DNA of 64,000 nt from Patescibacteria group bacterium. GTDB lineage: Bacteria > Patescibacteriota > Minisyncoccia > Portnoybacterales > UBA2143. Every line of letters begins with the position of its first letter. The first letter of the stretch is position 1. A model generated the notes under the pieces. It was not told where the DNA came from, searched no databases, and worked only from the letters and a program-made list of their open reading frames with translations. This document shows positions 45,470-55,488 of the stretch, piece after piece. The DNA is taken from the NCBI GenBank assembly GCA_018830295.1, contig JAHJSM010000001.1:257980-321979 (forward strand). The letters run 5' to 3'. The translations under genes were made by a program, and so were the position numbers.

Positions 45470-45498
45470 ATCATATCAGGTTAAGTAATCTTTGTCAA
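45470..45498 (-). promoter_or_regulatory. sigma70 promoter TTGACA-17-(TG)TATGAT
   Basis: near-consensus, points into a non-coding region. Confidence 0.7.
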
Positions 45499-45506
45499 GT
45501 ATTTTT

Positions 45507-46520
45507 ATGCTCACTTCACCAACACAAACAACAGAAGACAAGTATTTAGACGCAGCTTTACGGCCGCGCGTTTTTGAGGACTATGTTGGACAGGAAAAAA
45601 TCAAGAACAACTTGAGCGTTCTAATTGAGGCGGCGCAAAAAAGAGAAGAAGCGATTGAACACATCCTATTATACGGCAGTTCTGGCTTGGGGAAAACTAC
45701 CTTGGCGCATATCATCGCTCGAAAGATGGGCGGCAACATAAAAATCACCTCCGGACCAGCAATTGAAAAAGTTGGCGATCTTGCTTCTATTCTAACAAAT
45801 TTGCAGGATAATGACATCCTTTTCATTGATGAGTGCCACCGCCTCAATAAAACCATTGAGGAGACGCTTTATTCAGCGATGGAAGATTTCGCTTTGGACA
45901 TCATTATCGGCAAAGGCCCGTCAGCGCGAACACTCCAATTGGAACTGCCTCGCTTTACTCTTATTGGCGCAACGACAAGAATTGGATTGATTTCATCTCC
46001 CCTGCGAGGAAGATTTGGCGCTACTTATCGCTTGAATTTTTACGAACAAGAGGACATAGAGAGTATTATCGCTCATTCAGCGAAAATACTCAAGATAGAG
46101 ATAGATTGCGATAAGGCGCTCAAGATTATCGCCAACGCGGCGCGCCGAACTCCTCGCGTGGCAAACCGCCTTTTGAAAAGGGTCCGGGATTACAGCCAAG
46201 TCAGAGGCGACGGAATTATTAACAAGCAAACCGCCAAAGAAGCGCTGGCAATGCTGGAAATAGACCAATACGGGCTTGAACCAGCAGACCGTCATCTCTT
46301 GGAAGTCATTATCACAAAATTCAACGGCGGCCCCGTCGGCATCAAAGCCCTGACCGCTTCTAGCAACGAAGAAGCCGAAACCATCGCCGATGTCCACGAA
46401 CCATACCTCCTCCAAACCGGCTTCCTCGCCCGCACCCCCCGCGGCCGAGTCGCAACCAAACTCGCCTACGACCACCTCGGAATTAAATGCGAAGAAGAAG
46501 AAAACAAACTGCGTTTTTAA
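45507..46520 (+). CDS. ruvB: Holliday junction branch migration helicase
   Basis: LRP, GLGKTTLA, TSGP, IDECHRL, GATTR, RTPRGR. Confidence 0.97.
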   Translation: MLTSPTQTTEDKYLDAALRPRVFEDYVGQEKIKNNLSVLIEAAQKREEAIEHILLYGSSGLGKTTLAHIIARKMGGNIKITSGPAIEKVGDLASILTNLQDNDILFIDECHRLNKTIEETLYSAMEDFALDIIIGKGPSARTLQLELPRFTLIGATTRIGLISSPLRGRFGATYRLNFYEQEDIESIIAHSAKILKIEIDCDKALKIIANAARRTPRVANRLLKRVRDYSQVRGDGIINKQTAKEALAMLEIDQYGLEPADRHLLEVIITKFNGGPVGIKALTASSNEEAETIADVHEPYLLQTGFLARTPRGRVATKLAYDHLGIKCEEEENKLRF

Positions 46521-46799
46521 TTATTGATAAATGCGGTGTGTTTCGATTAAATAGAAACGAACCGTATTTTTGTCTATAAACCTAAAAACAATTCTATATC
46601 TATAGCCAACAGAAAATGACCAATATTTCTCAACTTTTTTCCTAAATTTTCCAGAAAGTTTATGGGTTTTTAGTCGTTTATCAAAAGGATTTTGGAGAAA
46701 AATATCTTCTTTTTCTCCTGCCAAATTTTTAATTTTATCTGGCAATTTTTTATAGTTTCTAATAAACTTAGAACTATAGAATATTTTTAATTTTGACAT
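46521..46799 (-). CDS. RelE/YafQ-like mRNA interferase toxin
   Basis: F.R.YKKL, NPF...LKTHKLSG, WSFSV...YRIVF. Confidence 0.88.
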   Translation of the reverse strand: MSKLKIFYSSKFIRNYKKLPDKIKNLAGEKEDIFLQNPFDKRLKTHKLSGKFRKKVEKYWSFSVGYRYRIVFRFIDKNTVRFYLIETHRIYQ

Positions 46800-46873
46800 C
46801 TTTAGTTTACCTATAACCCACCGATGATTTTTATAGATATAATTATTTATTAATAACCTTTATTTTATTTTAA

Positions 46874-47092
46874 TTATCTTAAATCTTTTAGAGAACGCAA
46901 AACCACGCCCTTGCCGGCGTCAAATTCTTTGTCCATTTCTTCCAATTCAGCCAAGAGATTACTCTCTTCTTCGTAGTCGCGCAAAATAGAGCGAAAAAAT
47001 TCGCTGATACTGGCATACTTACCCTTTTTGACCTCCCGCCTGACCATTTTAGCCGTCGCGGCAGGCAAAGAAATATTGATGATATTGCGCAT
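46874..47092 (-). CDS. RHH antitoxin
   Basis: INISLP, Y.SISEFFR, acidic tail GKG..LRSLKDL; upstream of the toxin. Confidence 0.85.
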   Translation of the reverse strand: MRNIINISLPAATAKMVRREVKKGKYASISEFFRSILRDYEEESNLLAELEEMDKEFDAGKGVVLRSLKDLR

Positions 47093-47177
47093 AGTTTTAT
47101 TTTTATTTATTATTATTATTTTGCTGTAATAATCTGTATTACAATCTTATCAAACGCGAAAATTCTTGTCAAGTATT

Positions 47178-48818
47178 ATGTTTAAAAATAAATTCAAAAT
47201 AAAAATCTTCTTTTCTGTTTGTCTTGTTTTTGTTTTCTGTCTCCCTTCTCTCGCCAGCGCTGGCGATGTTGTGATTAACGAAATTATGGTCGGTCAAACT
47301 GGCGCGGCTAAAAATGAATTTATTGAATTATACAATTCTACTGAAAACAACATTGATTTGACAGAATACAAGTTAAAAAAGAAAACAAAGAGCGGCGCTG
47401 AAAGCAATTTAGTTAGTTCGTCCAAATTTATCGGTATAATACCCGCGCGCGGGTATTTTTTAATCGCCCATCCTGATTACAAAAATACAATCAACGCCGA
47501 CCTCGCCTATTCGGGCTCCTCGTATTCTATCGCAAGCGACAATACCATTATTCTCTATAACAAAGAAGATACCGTTGTTGATAAGGTTGGCTATGGTGAA
47601 GAAGTTGTTGATTTTGAGAATCAAGCCGCCCCTAATCCAGAAAACAACCAAAGTATAGAGCGGCAACCAGTCGGATATGATTCAAACAACAATAGCGCTG
47701 ATTTTGTTATTCAAAGCACGCCCAATCCGCAAAACTCGGGCGGACAAGAAGAGATAGGGACAGTCCCCGCAACAGGGACTGTCCCTATCTCTTCCGCCGT
47801 CCCCACTCCCGTCGTTAACAATCCCCCTATTGCCAATGCCGGGTCGGATATGGTCGCTCTAATTGGACAGGAAATACTATTTGACGGCTCCCTGTCTTCT
47901 GACCCCGATAATGACGAGTTGTCGTATTTTTGGAACTTTGGCGATGGCGCGACCGACACTGAACAATTATCCAAACATACTTATCTTTATCCGGGACAAT
48001 ATATCGCAAGTTTGCTCGTTAACGACGGAGAATTTTCCGATTTGGCTCTTGTGAGCATTAATATCTACAATCAATCAGTTATTATCAGCGAATTTATGCC
48101 CGCTCCCGAAGAAGGAGACGCGGAAAATGAATGGATCGAATTATTTAACCAAAGCGACCAAATCGCTAATTTAACAAATTGGCAATTAGACGACCAAGAA
48201 GGCGGAAGTTCGCCTTTTGTTTTTCCAGCAAACAGTTTCATTGCGCCTAATCAATTTCTGGTTTTAATCAGGCCGATTACAAAAATCGCCCTCAATAACG
48301 ACAATGACCAAGTCCGCCTTATTTACCCCGACGGCTCTTTAGCCGCCGAAGTTGGATATTTAGCGGAAAAGAAAGAAGGGTTTTCAATCGCTTTTGACGG
48401 CTCTGAATATTTTTGGACAAAAACCCCCACGCCCGGTTCGCCTAATATTATTACCTCTAACAACCTAAACGCAAAAGAAGAAAATCTATCCGCCAACAAT
48501 CCCGACCCTATCGCCCAACAAGCCCAAAATACGCCAGAAAACATAGTCGCGGTTAATCTCAATCAAAGCGAGAGTTTTTCCGCCCTAAACGCGCCTGCGG
48601 AAAATGTCGGAAGCATAGAAAACAAAAAAACAGTTCTTTCGGAAACAGTCAACCCCCAAAACCAAACCGCATCTCTCGCCCAATCCGCCCAACCAAACCA
48701 AAAATCAACCTTAATTCTAATCATCTCAATCATAATCTCCACCGCCCTCCTCGCCAGTTGGGGATTGATTATGCTGTCAAAGAGAAAATCACTTAATAAT
48801 ATTACGCATAATGAATAA
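47178..48818 (+). CDS. secreted lamin-tail/PKD domain surface protein
   Basis: signal peptide, VVINEI..EFIELYN (two LTDs), WNFGDG PKD, C-terminal TM. Confidence 0.88.
   Translation: MFKNKFKIKIFFSVCLVFVFCLPSLASAGDVVINEIMVGQTGAAKNEFIELYNSTENNIDLTEYKLKKKTKSGAESNLVSSSKFIGIIPARGYFLIAHPDYKNTINADLAYSGSSYSIASDNTIILYNKEDTVVDKVGYGEEVVDFENQAAPNPENNQSIERQPVGYDSNNNSADFVIQSTPNPQNSGGQEEIGTVPATGTVPISSAVPTPVVNNPPIANAGSDMVALIGQEILFDGSLSSDPDNDELSYFWNFGDGATDTEQLSKHTYLYPGQYIASLLVNDGEFSDLALVSINIYNQSVIISEFMPAPEEGDAENEWIELFNQSDQIANLTNWQLDDQEGGSSPFVFPANSFIAPNQFLVLIRPITKIALNNDNDQVRLIYPDGSLAAEVGYLAEKKEGFSIAFDGSEYFWTKTPTPGSPNIITSNNLNAKEENLSANNPDPIAQQAQNTPENIVAVNLNQSESFSALNAPAENVGSIENKKTVLSETVNPQNQTASLAQSAQPNQKSTLILIISIIISTALLASWGLIMLSKRKSLNNITHNE
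47748..47794. repeat. GGGACAGTCCC doublet in-frame in the LTD gene
   Basis: 20-bp inverted repeat read as EEIGTVPATGTVPISS. Confidence 0.85.
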
Positions 48819-49539
48819 AAATGAAATTATAACGCAGAATGCTGTAAAATATGTTAAAGAAAATTCAAAAAAGATAATACAAGAAATTGTTGGCGATAAA
48901 GCATCTTTTGGTAAAAATAAACTTTTTTCTGTTTCTGTTTTTATGGCTGGTTCACCCGGCGCGGGGAAAACAGAAATGTCCAAAAAATCAATAGAAATTA
49001 TTGAACATGATCCCAACGCTAAAGCATACGAAAAAATCACTAGAATAGACCCCGATGATATCAGAGAAAAATTACCACTATATAACGGAAGAAATTCCGA
49101 CTTGTTCCAAGCCGCTTGCTCTGTAGCTGTTGATAAAATTCACGATTATGTTCTTAAAAATAATTTTGATTTTCTTTTAGACGGGACTTTCTCTAATTAC
49201 AATAAGGTAAGAGAAAATATCTACAGATCTATCAAAAGGAAACGGCTTATTTTTATTTACTATGTTTACCAAGACCCAGTAATCGCATGGGGTTTTACTA
49301 AAAAAAGAGAACAAATAGACGGAAGACATATCCCAAAAGAAGCTTTTATAGAACACTTTTTTAACGCGAAAGAAAATGTAAGTAAAATTAAAAAAGAATT
49401 TAAAGATTTAGTAAAAATCCGCGTCATAGAAAGAAACCTCAAAACTGACTATTCAAAAATTGGACTTGATGTTGATATTGATAATTATATTAAAATCGGA
49501 TATACTAAAGAAGAATTAAATAAATTGTTATTATGGTAG
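48811..49539 (+). CDS. zeta toxin family P-loop kinase
   Basis: MAGSPGAGKTE, IDPD..R, LDGT, REQIDGR.IP. Confidence 0.85.
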   Translation: MNKNEIITQNAVKYVKENSKKIIQEIVGDKASFGKNKLFSVSVFMAGSPGAGKTEMSKKSIEIIEHDPNAKAYEKITRIDPDDIREKLPLYNGRNSDLFQAACSVAVDKIHDYVLKNNFDFLLDGTFSNYNKVRENIYRSIKRKRLIFIYYVYQDPVIAWGFTKKREQIDGRHIPKEAFIEHFFNAKENVSKIKKEFKDLVKIRVIERNLKTDYSKIGLDVDIDNYIKIGYTKEELNKLLLW

Positions 49540-49751
49540 ATTATATTAAAAAACTGTTAAAAAACTGTTATAAATTTGGCAGAAAAGAAAAAGACACAAA
49601 GCCGCATTATGGTTCTTTTTACGCTTTCTCTAACTATTCTCCAGAAAGACAAAAAGAAATATTAACGCAAGCCGCCAAAGAAGCCAACAAAGAGCAAAGA
49701 GATTTGATAAACAGATACGATAAAACAATAAAGCCGATCCAAAAAGATTAA
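49533..49751 (+). CDS. small protein coupled to the zeta-like gene
   Basis: 72 aa, overlapping start, terminator at 49771-49806. Confidence 0.7.
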   Translation: MVDYIKKLLKNCYKFGRKEKDTKPHYGSFYAFSNYSPERQKEILTQAAKEANKEQRDLINRYDKTIKPIQKD

Positions 49752-49853
49752 ACTTTAATACGCTGATAATAAAAAGACCTGAATAGTAATATTATTCAGG
49801 TTTTTTATCCTTTCCCATTGACACCTCCTCTCTCGCGATAGTATTATGTAGGC

Positions 49854-50393
49854 ATGAGCGGACATAGTCATTTCTCAACTATTAAACATAAGAAGGGAGC
49901 GACTGATGTGAAGCGGGGCAAGATTTTTAGCAAGATGTCCCGTCTGATTAGCATTGCCGCGAGAGAGAAAGGGAGCGACCCAGAAATGAACCCTCGCTTG
50001 CGCATGGCGATTGACGCCGCGCGCAAAGAAAATATGCCCAAAGAAAATATTGAACGAGCAATTAAAAAGGGCTCGGGAGAAATTGAGGGAGCAAGAATGG
50101 AAGAAATTACTTACGAAGCATACGGTCCTTCAGGCGTGGCAATTATTATAGAAATTATTACCGACAACAAAAACCGAACGATTGCCGAGATTAGACACGC
50201 CTTAAAACAACATGACGGAAAACTCGCCGAAGGCGGAAGCGTTCTCTATCTTTTTAATAAAAAAGAAAACGAATGGGAACCCAAATATCCTTTGGAAATA
50301 ACTGACCAAAAAACCGTCAGCCAATTGGAAAAACTCTTTGAAGCGTTAGAAGAAAACGATGATGTGCAGGAAGTTTACAGTAATTTAAAGTAA
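49854..50393 (+). CDS. yebC: YebC/PmpR family protein (short form)
   Basis: MSGHS, NPRLR, YEAYGPSG, TDNKNRT, DDVQEVYSN. Confidence 0.95.
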   Translation: MSGHSHFSTIKHKKGATDVKRGKIFSKMSRLISIAAREKGSDPEMNPRLRMAIDAARKENMPKENIERAIKKGSGEIEGARMEEITYEAYGPSGVAIIIEIITDNKNRTIAEIRHALKQHDGKLAEGGSVLYLFNKKENEWEPKYPLEITDQKTVSQLEKLFEALEENDDVQEVYSNLK

Positions 50394-50395
50394 TT

Positions 50396-50869
50396 ATGAT
50401 TATTATCGGCATTGACCCAGGAACAGCCATTACTGGATATGGAATTATAAAGAGCGAATTCGGCCGACTGGAAATGATTGACTATGGATGTATCCGAACC
50501 GAAACGTCTTTATCGACAGCCGAACGACTTAAAGAAACAGACCTTCAGTTTGTTAAGTTAATTAATGAATATCAGCCCGAAAAAGTGGCCGTTGAAGATA
50601 TTTTCTTTTTTAAAAATGCTAAGACCATCATTAAAGTAAGTCAGGCGCGAGGGGTAATTCTTTTCAGGGCGTCAAAAATGATGCTCCCTATTTTCGAACA
50701 CACGCCCCTTCAAGTCAAACAAGCTGTTACAGGATATGGTCGAGCCGACAAAAACCAAGTCCAGCAAATGGTCAAAAATATTCTTAAATTAAAAGAAATC
50801 CCTAAGCCCGACGACGCCGCCGACGCCTTAGCTATAGCCATCTGCTGCGCAAATACAAATAGTTTCTAA
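50396..50869 (+). CDS. ruvC: Holliday junction resolvase
   Basis: GIDPG, VEDIFF, GYGRADK, DDAADALA. Confidence 0.97.
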   Translation: MIIIGIDPGTAITGYGIIKSEFGRLEMIDYGCIRTETSLSTAERLKETDLQFVKLINEYQPEKVAVEDIFFFKNAKTIIKVSQARGVILFRASKMMLPIFEHTPLQVKQAVTGYGRADKNQVQQMVKNILKLKEIPKPDDAADALAIAICCANTNSF

Positions 50870-50873
50870 TTTT

Positions 50874-51542
50874 ATGTCTTTTATCACCCAATACATGGTC
50901 AGCCAAGGAGTTCCTCAAGAGACGGTCATCCTTCTTTTGATGCTCCCGATTGTCGCGACGGTTATCGCTTTCGCGCGCCAAATTATCGGTATCAAGGGGT
51001 TTGGTATTTATACTCCCTTGATTCTCTCCTTCGCTTTTTTAAGCACCGGCCTCAAATATGGTTTGGCTTTTTTTGTGGCCATTCTTTTAGTCGGCACTGT
51101 CACAAGATATCTTGTTAAAAAAAGCCGTTTGCGTCTCCTCTATTTACCTCGCATCGCGATTGTTTTGTCTTCTGTCGCTTTGGCGATTTTAACTATTTTT
51201 TGGTTGGGGGCGTATACTGAAAAAACCGGACTAATATCGTCTTCTGTTTTCGCCATCTTAATTATGATTACTTTGGTTGAAAAATTTGTCTCCGCCCAAA
51301 TAGAAAGAGGAGCGAGAAAAGCGGTTATTCTAACATCTGAAACGCTCATTCTTTCTATTGTCTGCTATTGGGTCGCCAGTTGGCTCTGGCTGCAAAACAC
51401 AGTTTTCGCTTATCCTGTTTTGGTTTTTTTCGCGGCGATTATCATAAACATATTTCTCGGAAAATGGACTGGCTTGCGTTTTTATGAATATTTCCGCTTT
51501 AGAGAGTTAATTAAATATGTTGAATCCTCTCGGAAAAAGTAA
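50874..51542 (+). CDS. 7TM protein (7TM_transglut-like)
   Basis: LPI......RQIIG..GFG.YTP, GKWTGLRF.EYFRFR. Confidence 0.8.
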   Translation: MSFITQYMVSQGVPQETVILLLMLPIVATVIAFARQIIGIKGFGIYTPLILSFAFLSTGLKYGLAFFVAILLVGTVTRYLVKKSRLRLLYLPRIAIVLSSVALAILTIFWLGAYTEKTGLISSSVFAILIMITLVEKFVSAQIERGARKAVILTSETLILSIVCYWVASWLWLQNTVFAYPVLVFFAAIIINIFLGKWTGLRFYEYFRFRELIKYVESSRKK

Positions 51543-52839
51543 GCATATCCTGGGCTTAAACGCCCGCAACTTGACTTACCTTCGGCCCTCTAATAATTTG
51601 AGGGCTGTTCGTATTGCGGACAATAAACTCACGACAAAGAGAATTCTCAAAAAAGCGGGCTTGCCCGTTCCTGAAACATTTTCGGTCGTCCGCCAAATTA
51701 AGGATTTGAGGGACTTTGACTGGGCGGCTCTTCCATCATCGTTTGTTCTTAAACCAAACCAAGGTCTGGGCGGCGAAGGTATTTTGATTGTTTACGGAAG
51801 AAAAAAGAAATTCCCTTATTCGTGGGTCAAGGCGGACCGAAGTCAATTAGACAACAGGGATTTAGAAAGCCACGCCTTAAATATTTTAGAGGGAACTTTT
51901 TCGCGAACAGGATTGCCCGACATCGCCTTTTTTGAGGAAAGAGTTAAACTTCTCAAACTTCTTAAGCCATATTCTTATCGCGGCATCCCGGATATAAGAA
52001 TTATCGTCTATAATTCCGTTCCCATTATGGCGGAAATGCGTTTACCGACAAGGGAATCCGGCGGAAAAGCGAATCTTCATTTAGGGGGAGTTGGCGTCGG
52101 AATAGATATGGGCGCGGGCGTTACAACCACAGCTATCCATCGAGACCGTCTGATTGAATACGCGCCAGGAACAAGGTTGCCCTTAAGCGGAATTCAAATC
52201 CCTGATTGGAAGGATGTCTTACGGCTGGCAATTCATGCTCAGGAGGTAACTAAAATTGGTTTTCTTGGAATAGATATTGCCCTTGACCGAGAAAAGGGTC
52301 CTGTTGTCTTAGAGCTCAATGTCCGCCCTGGATTATCTATTCAATTAGCCAATATGTCGCCGCTTAATGAACGGCTTAAAAGAGTCAAGGGCTTGAAAAT
52401 TAAAAACGCGAGCAAGGGCGTCAAAATAGCCCAAGATCTTTTCGGCGGCGATGTGGAAGAAGGACTTGAAGAAATTTCAGGTCGCAAAGTCATCGGCATC
52501 AACGAACCGATTGAAATTCTTGACGCGCGAAAAAACAAATACCCAACCATGGCGAAAATTGACACGGGAGCGTACCGAACAACTATTTGCAAGAATTTAG
52601 CCGAACAATTAGGCGTTATGAGCCAGATTGTTGGATATAAAAAAGTAAGAAGTGTTTTAGGCGCCGCGGAAAGGCCCATTATTAATCTTTCTTTTATTTT
52701 AGACAAACGGTTAGTCGCCGCCGAGGCGTTCGTCGCCGACCGTTCGGAAATGAAATACGACATTATTATCGGCCGTCGCGACCTGAAAAGATTTTTGGTT
52801 GACCCCGCGAAAAATGTTTTTATGAGAGGACAAAAATGA
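51517..52839 (+). CDS. alpha-L-glutamate ligase-like ATP-grasp fused to a retropepsin-like (RimB-like) domain
   Basis: LG.NARN, KP..G.GGEG, ANLH.GG, LELNVRPGLSIQ; C-terminal AKIDTGA, IIIGR. Confidence 0.85.
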   Translation: MLNPLGKSKHILGLNARNLTYLRPSNNLRAVRIADNKLTTKRILKKAGLPVPETFSVVRQIKDLRDFDWAALPSSFVLKPNQGLGGEGILIVYGRKKKFPYSWVKADRSQLDNRDLESHALNILEGTFSRTGLPDIAFFEERVKLLKLLKPYSYRGIPDIRIIVYNSVPIMAEMRLPTRESGGKANLHLGGVGVGIDMGAGVTTTAIHRDRLIEYAPGTRLPLSGIQIPDWKDVLRLAIHAQEVTKIGFLGIDIALDREKGPVVLELNVRPGLSIQLANMSPLNERLKRVKGLKIKNASKGVKIAQDLFGGDVEEGLEEISGRKVIGINEPIEILDARKNKYPTMAKIDTGAYRTTICKNLAEQLGVMSQIVGYKKVRSVLGAAERPIINLSFILDKRLVAAEAFVADRSEMKYDIIIGRRDLKRFLVDPAKNVFMRGQK

Positions 52840-54359
52840 TTATTAAAGACCTTCAAACATTAAAAGAATTTTTTAACCAGCATCAGCCGCTCATTTTTGG
52901 GGCGGGCGTTTACGCTTTTGACCGACTGGGGATGGAAAAAATTATTCCTGATTACCGGATTATCGCCTTGCGGCATAGTTTGGACACAAAATTAATTGAA
53001 GAAGATGTTAAAATCCTCTCTTTGGAAAAGGGTATGGGAACAAAGCACATCCAAGAGGCGCGCAACGCCACGACCGTTATTAGCAGAATTCCAAAAACAA
53101 AAGAATATATCGAAAAAATCGCCACCAAAAACCCAAACCAACTCGGACCTTTTGTTCTTGTTTATAAACCATCTAAAAAAATGGAGGAAACTTGCGAAAA
53201 AAACGGCTGGAAATTAATAGCCAATCCTTTTGGTTTTGGGAAAGAACTTTTGGAGAATAAAATTAAGTTTAGAGAAATTCTTCAAGAAATTGGCATCCCT
53301 GTTCCATCGGGCAAAATCGCTTCCATTGATAAACTTCACTATGGTCATTTAATCAATAAATACGGCCTGCCTTTTGTGATTCAGCACCCAACAAGAGGCG
53401 GAGGCAAAGGAACTTTTTTTATCAATAACCGCGCCGACTTTGAGAAAGCAATTGAAAATTTAGAGAGCGTCTGGAACGAAGACGACGAACAAAAAGTTAA
53501 AGAGGCGGACGAAGTCGTTGTCGCAAAATTTATTGACGGCCCTTCGCCAAGCATCGCCGGATGCGTGACTAAATATGGTATTTTAACAACATCTCTCCAG
53601 TATCAGGTTTTGGATATTCCCGAACTCTACAACCCAGAAAAAGGCTCTGGGCTTTTTTGCGGGCACGATTGGACAAGCTCGCATTTTTCGGAATCAGTTT
53701 CAAAACAAGCGTTTGAGTATACGGAAAAGATTGGGGAATATTTCAAAAAACTTGGCTATCAGGGAATTTTTGGCTTGGATTTTGTTTTAAATAAAAAAAC
53801 CGACAAACTTTATGTCGTTGAATGCAACCCGCGACTCGTTGGGACGCTTCCAACGGTTAATATGGCGCAACTCCTGAATAACGAAGTTCCTATTCTTGCT
53901 TGCCATGTTTTGGAATTTTTAGGCGTTGACTATCAAATAGACATTGAAGCGGTCAACCAATCAATGCGTCAAGAAAAAAGAGGCGCCCATATGTTTGTCC
54001 GCAACTTAACCGGCCGCTGGGCAAAAAACCATCGTCAACTAAAAGCGGGTGTTTATAAACTAACAAAAGAAAATTCTTTGAAATATTTGAGGCCGGGCTA
54101 TGATTTATGCCACTTAGAAAACAATGAAGAGTTTTTATTAGCGGACGGCGTTCCGTTAAAAAAATCTCATTTCAGTCCCAATCGCCGCCTCTGTCGCGTC
54201 TTAACTCTTAACTCGTTATTAGACGAGACAGATTACAAAAAATTAAACCCCTGGGCAACGCAAGTAGCCCAAACCGTTTACGGGGCGTTCCAAATAAAAC
54301 CGGTCCGTTTCGTTAAAATTAAAAAATTCTTCGCCCCTAACTTCTTAGCAAAGGGCTAA
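52836..54359 (+). CDS. ATP-grasp domain protein
   Basis: ENKIKFR, PFVIQ...GGGKGT, GIFGLDF, ECNPR. Confidence 0.8.
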   Translation: MIIKDLQTLKEFFNQHQPLIFGAGVYAFDRLGMEKIIPDYRIIALRHSLDTKLIEEDVKILSLEKGMGTKHIQEARNATTVISRIPKTKEYIEKIATKNPNQLGPFVLVYKPSKKMEETCEKNGWKLIANPFGFGKELLENKIKFREILQEIGIPVPSGKIASIDKLHYGHLINKYGLPFVIQHPTRGGGKGTFFINNRADFEKAIENLESVWNEDDEQKVKEADEVVVAKFIDGPSPSIAGCVTKYGILTTSLQYQVLDIPELYNPEKGSGLFCGHDWTSSHFSESVSKQAFEYTEKIGEYFKKLGYQGIFGLDFVLNKKTDKLYVVECNPRLVGTLPTVNMAQLLNNEVPILACHVLEFLGVDYQIDIEAVNQSMRQEKRGAHMFVRNLTGRWAKNHRQLKAGVYKLTKENSLKYLRPGYDLCHLENNEEFLLADGVPLKKSHFSPNRRLCRVLTLNSLLDETDYKKLNPWATQVAQTVYGAFQIKPVRFVKIKKFFAPNFLAKG

Positions 54360-55423
54360 GCGTCACTCTTTATCACAACTACATCGCCGTCTTGCGCGAT
54401 ATATTCCTTCCCTTCTGTTTTAATAAGCCCCTTTTCGCGGGCTTTTTCGTATCCGCCCGCTTCAAGTAAATCCTGCCAGTTAATTACATCAGCCCTAATA
54501 AACCGTTCTTCAAAATCACTATGGATTACGCCCGCCGCCTCTCGGATTGTTTTTCCTTTTTTAAGCGTCCAAGCGCGCGTCTCGTCCTCGCCAGTCGTTA
54601 AAAAAGTTATTAAATTAAGCAATTGATACGATTCCCTGATAAGGGCGTTGATTTGCGGTTCTTTCTCTAACCCTAAAGATATTCTTTCCTCTCCGCTAAA
54701 ATCAATCGCCTCCAATTCTATTAAAGTATCCATTGTCAAAAAACGCCATTCATTCTTTTTAAATAAATCCTTAATATTTTCTGGAATTTCATCCGCGCCT
54801 CCGTTTAATAAATACAACCTCGGCTTCATTGTTAAAAATTGATGACTGTTTAATATTTTCGCTTCCTCTTCTTCCCAGTTTTGGTCAATTAAAACAAGTC
54901 CTTTTTCTAAAAAATCGCGCGCTTTTTTTAAAACACCGCCTTCTTTCTCTGCCTCTTTATCGTTCGCTCTGATTTTCTTTTCCAGCCCAAAAATGATTTT
55001 ATCCGCCATCGCCAAGTCCTTCAACGCCATTTCTGTGTCTAAAATTTCTTTATCGTCCAAAACATTAATTTCCGTTTGGGTGTTAATAATTTTTTCGTTT
55101 TTAAAACATCGCAGAATGTATAAAATCGCGTCCGTTTCTTTAATGTTCGCCAAAAATTTATTGCCCAGACCTTCCCCTTGGCTCGCTCCTTTAACTAATC
55201 CGGCGATATCAATAAATTCCATCGTCGCATAAACTTTTTTCGCGGAGCCGCTCAACGCGGCGAGTTTTTCAACCCTCTCATCGGGAACCTTAACCACACC
55301 CACATTCGGGTCAATTGTGCAAAATGGATAATTGGCGCAATCCACCTGTTTTTTTGTAATCGCTTGAAATAAAGTTGATTTCCCCACATTAGGCAAACCA
55401 ACAATTCCAACTGATAGAGACAT
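54356..55423 (-). CDS. ychF: ribosome-binding ATPase YchF
   Basis: GLPNVGKSTLF, NYPFCTIDPN, DIAGLVKGAS, TGS domain. Confidence 0.97.
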   Translation of the reverse strand: MSLSVGIVGLPNVGKSTLFQAITKKQVDCANYPFCTIDPNVGVVKVPDERVEKLAALSGSAKKVYATMEFIDIAGLVKGASQGEGLGNKFLANIKETDAILYILRCFKNEKIINTQTEINVLDDKEILDTEMALKDLAMADKIIFGLEKKIRANDKEAEKEGGVLKKARDFLEKGLVLIDQNWEEEEAKILNSHQFLTMKPRLYLLNGGADEIPENIKDLFKKNEWRFLTMDTLIELEAIDFSGEERISLGLEKEPQINALIRESYQLLNLITFLTTGEDETRAWTLKKGKTIREAAGVIHSDFEERFIRADVINWQDLLEAGGYEKAREKGLIKTEGKEYIAQDGDVVVIKSDA

Positions 55424-55447
55424 ATCCCCAATATACCATCAAAATAT

Positions 55448-55488
55448 AGATAAGGACAGTCCCTCGCCGCGAGGGACTGTCCCTATCT
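55448..55488. repeat. GGGACAGTCCC doublet
   Basis: agataaggacagtccctcgc-c-gcgagggactgtccctatct; variant copy at 55589-55619. Confidence 0.85.
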
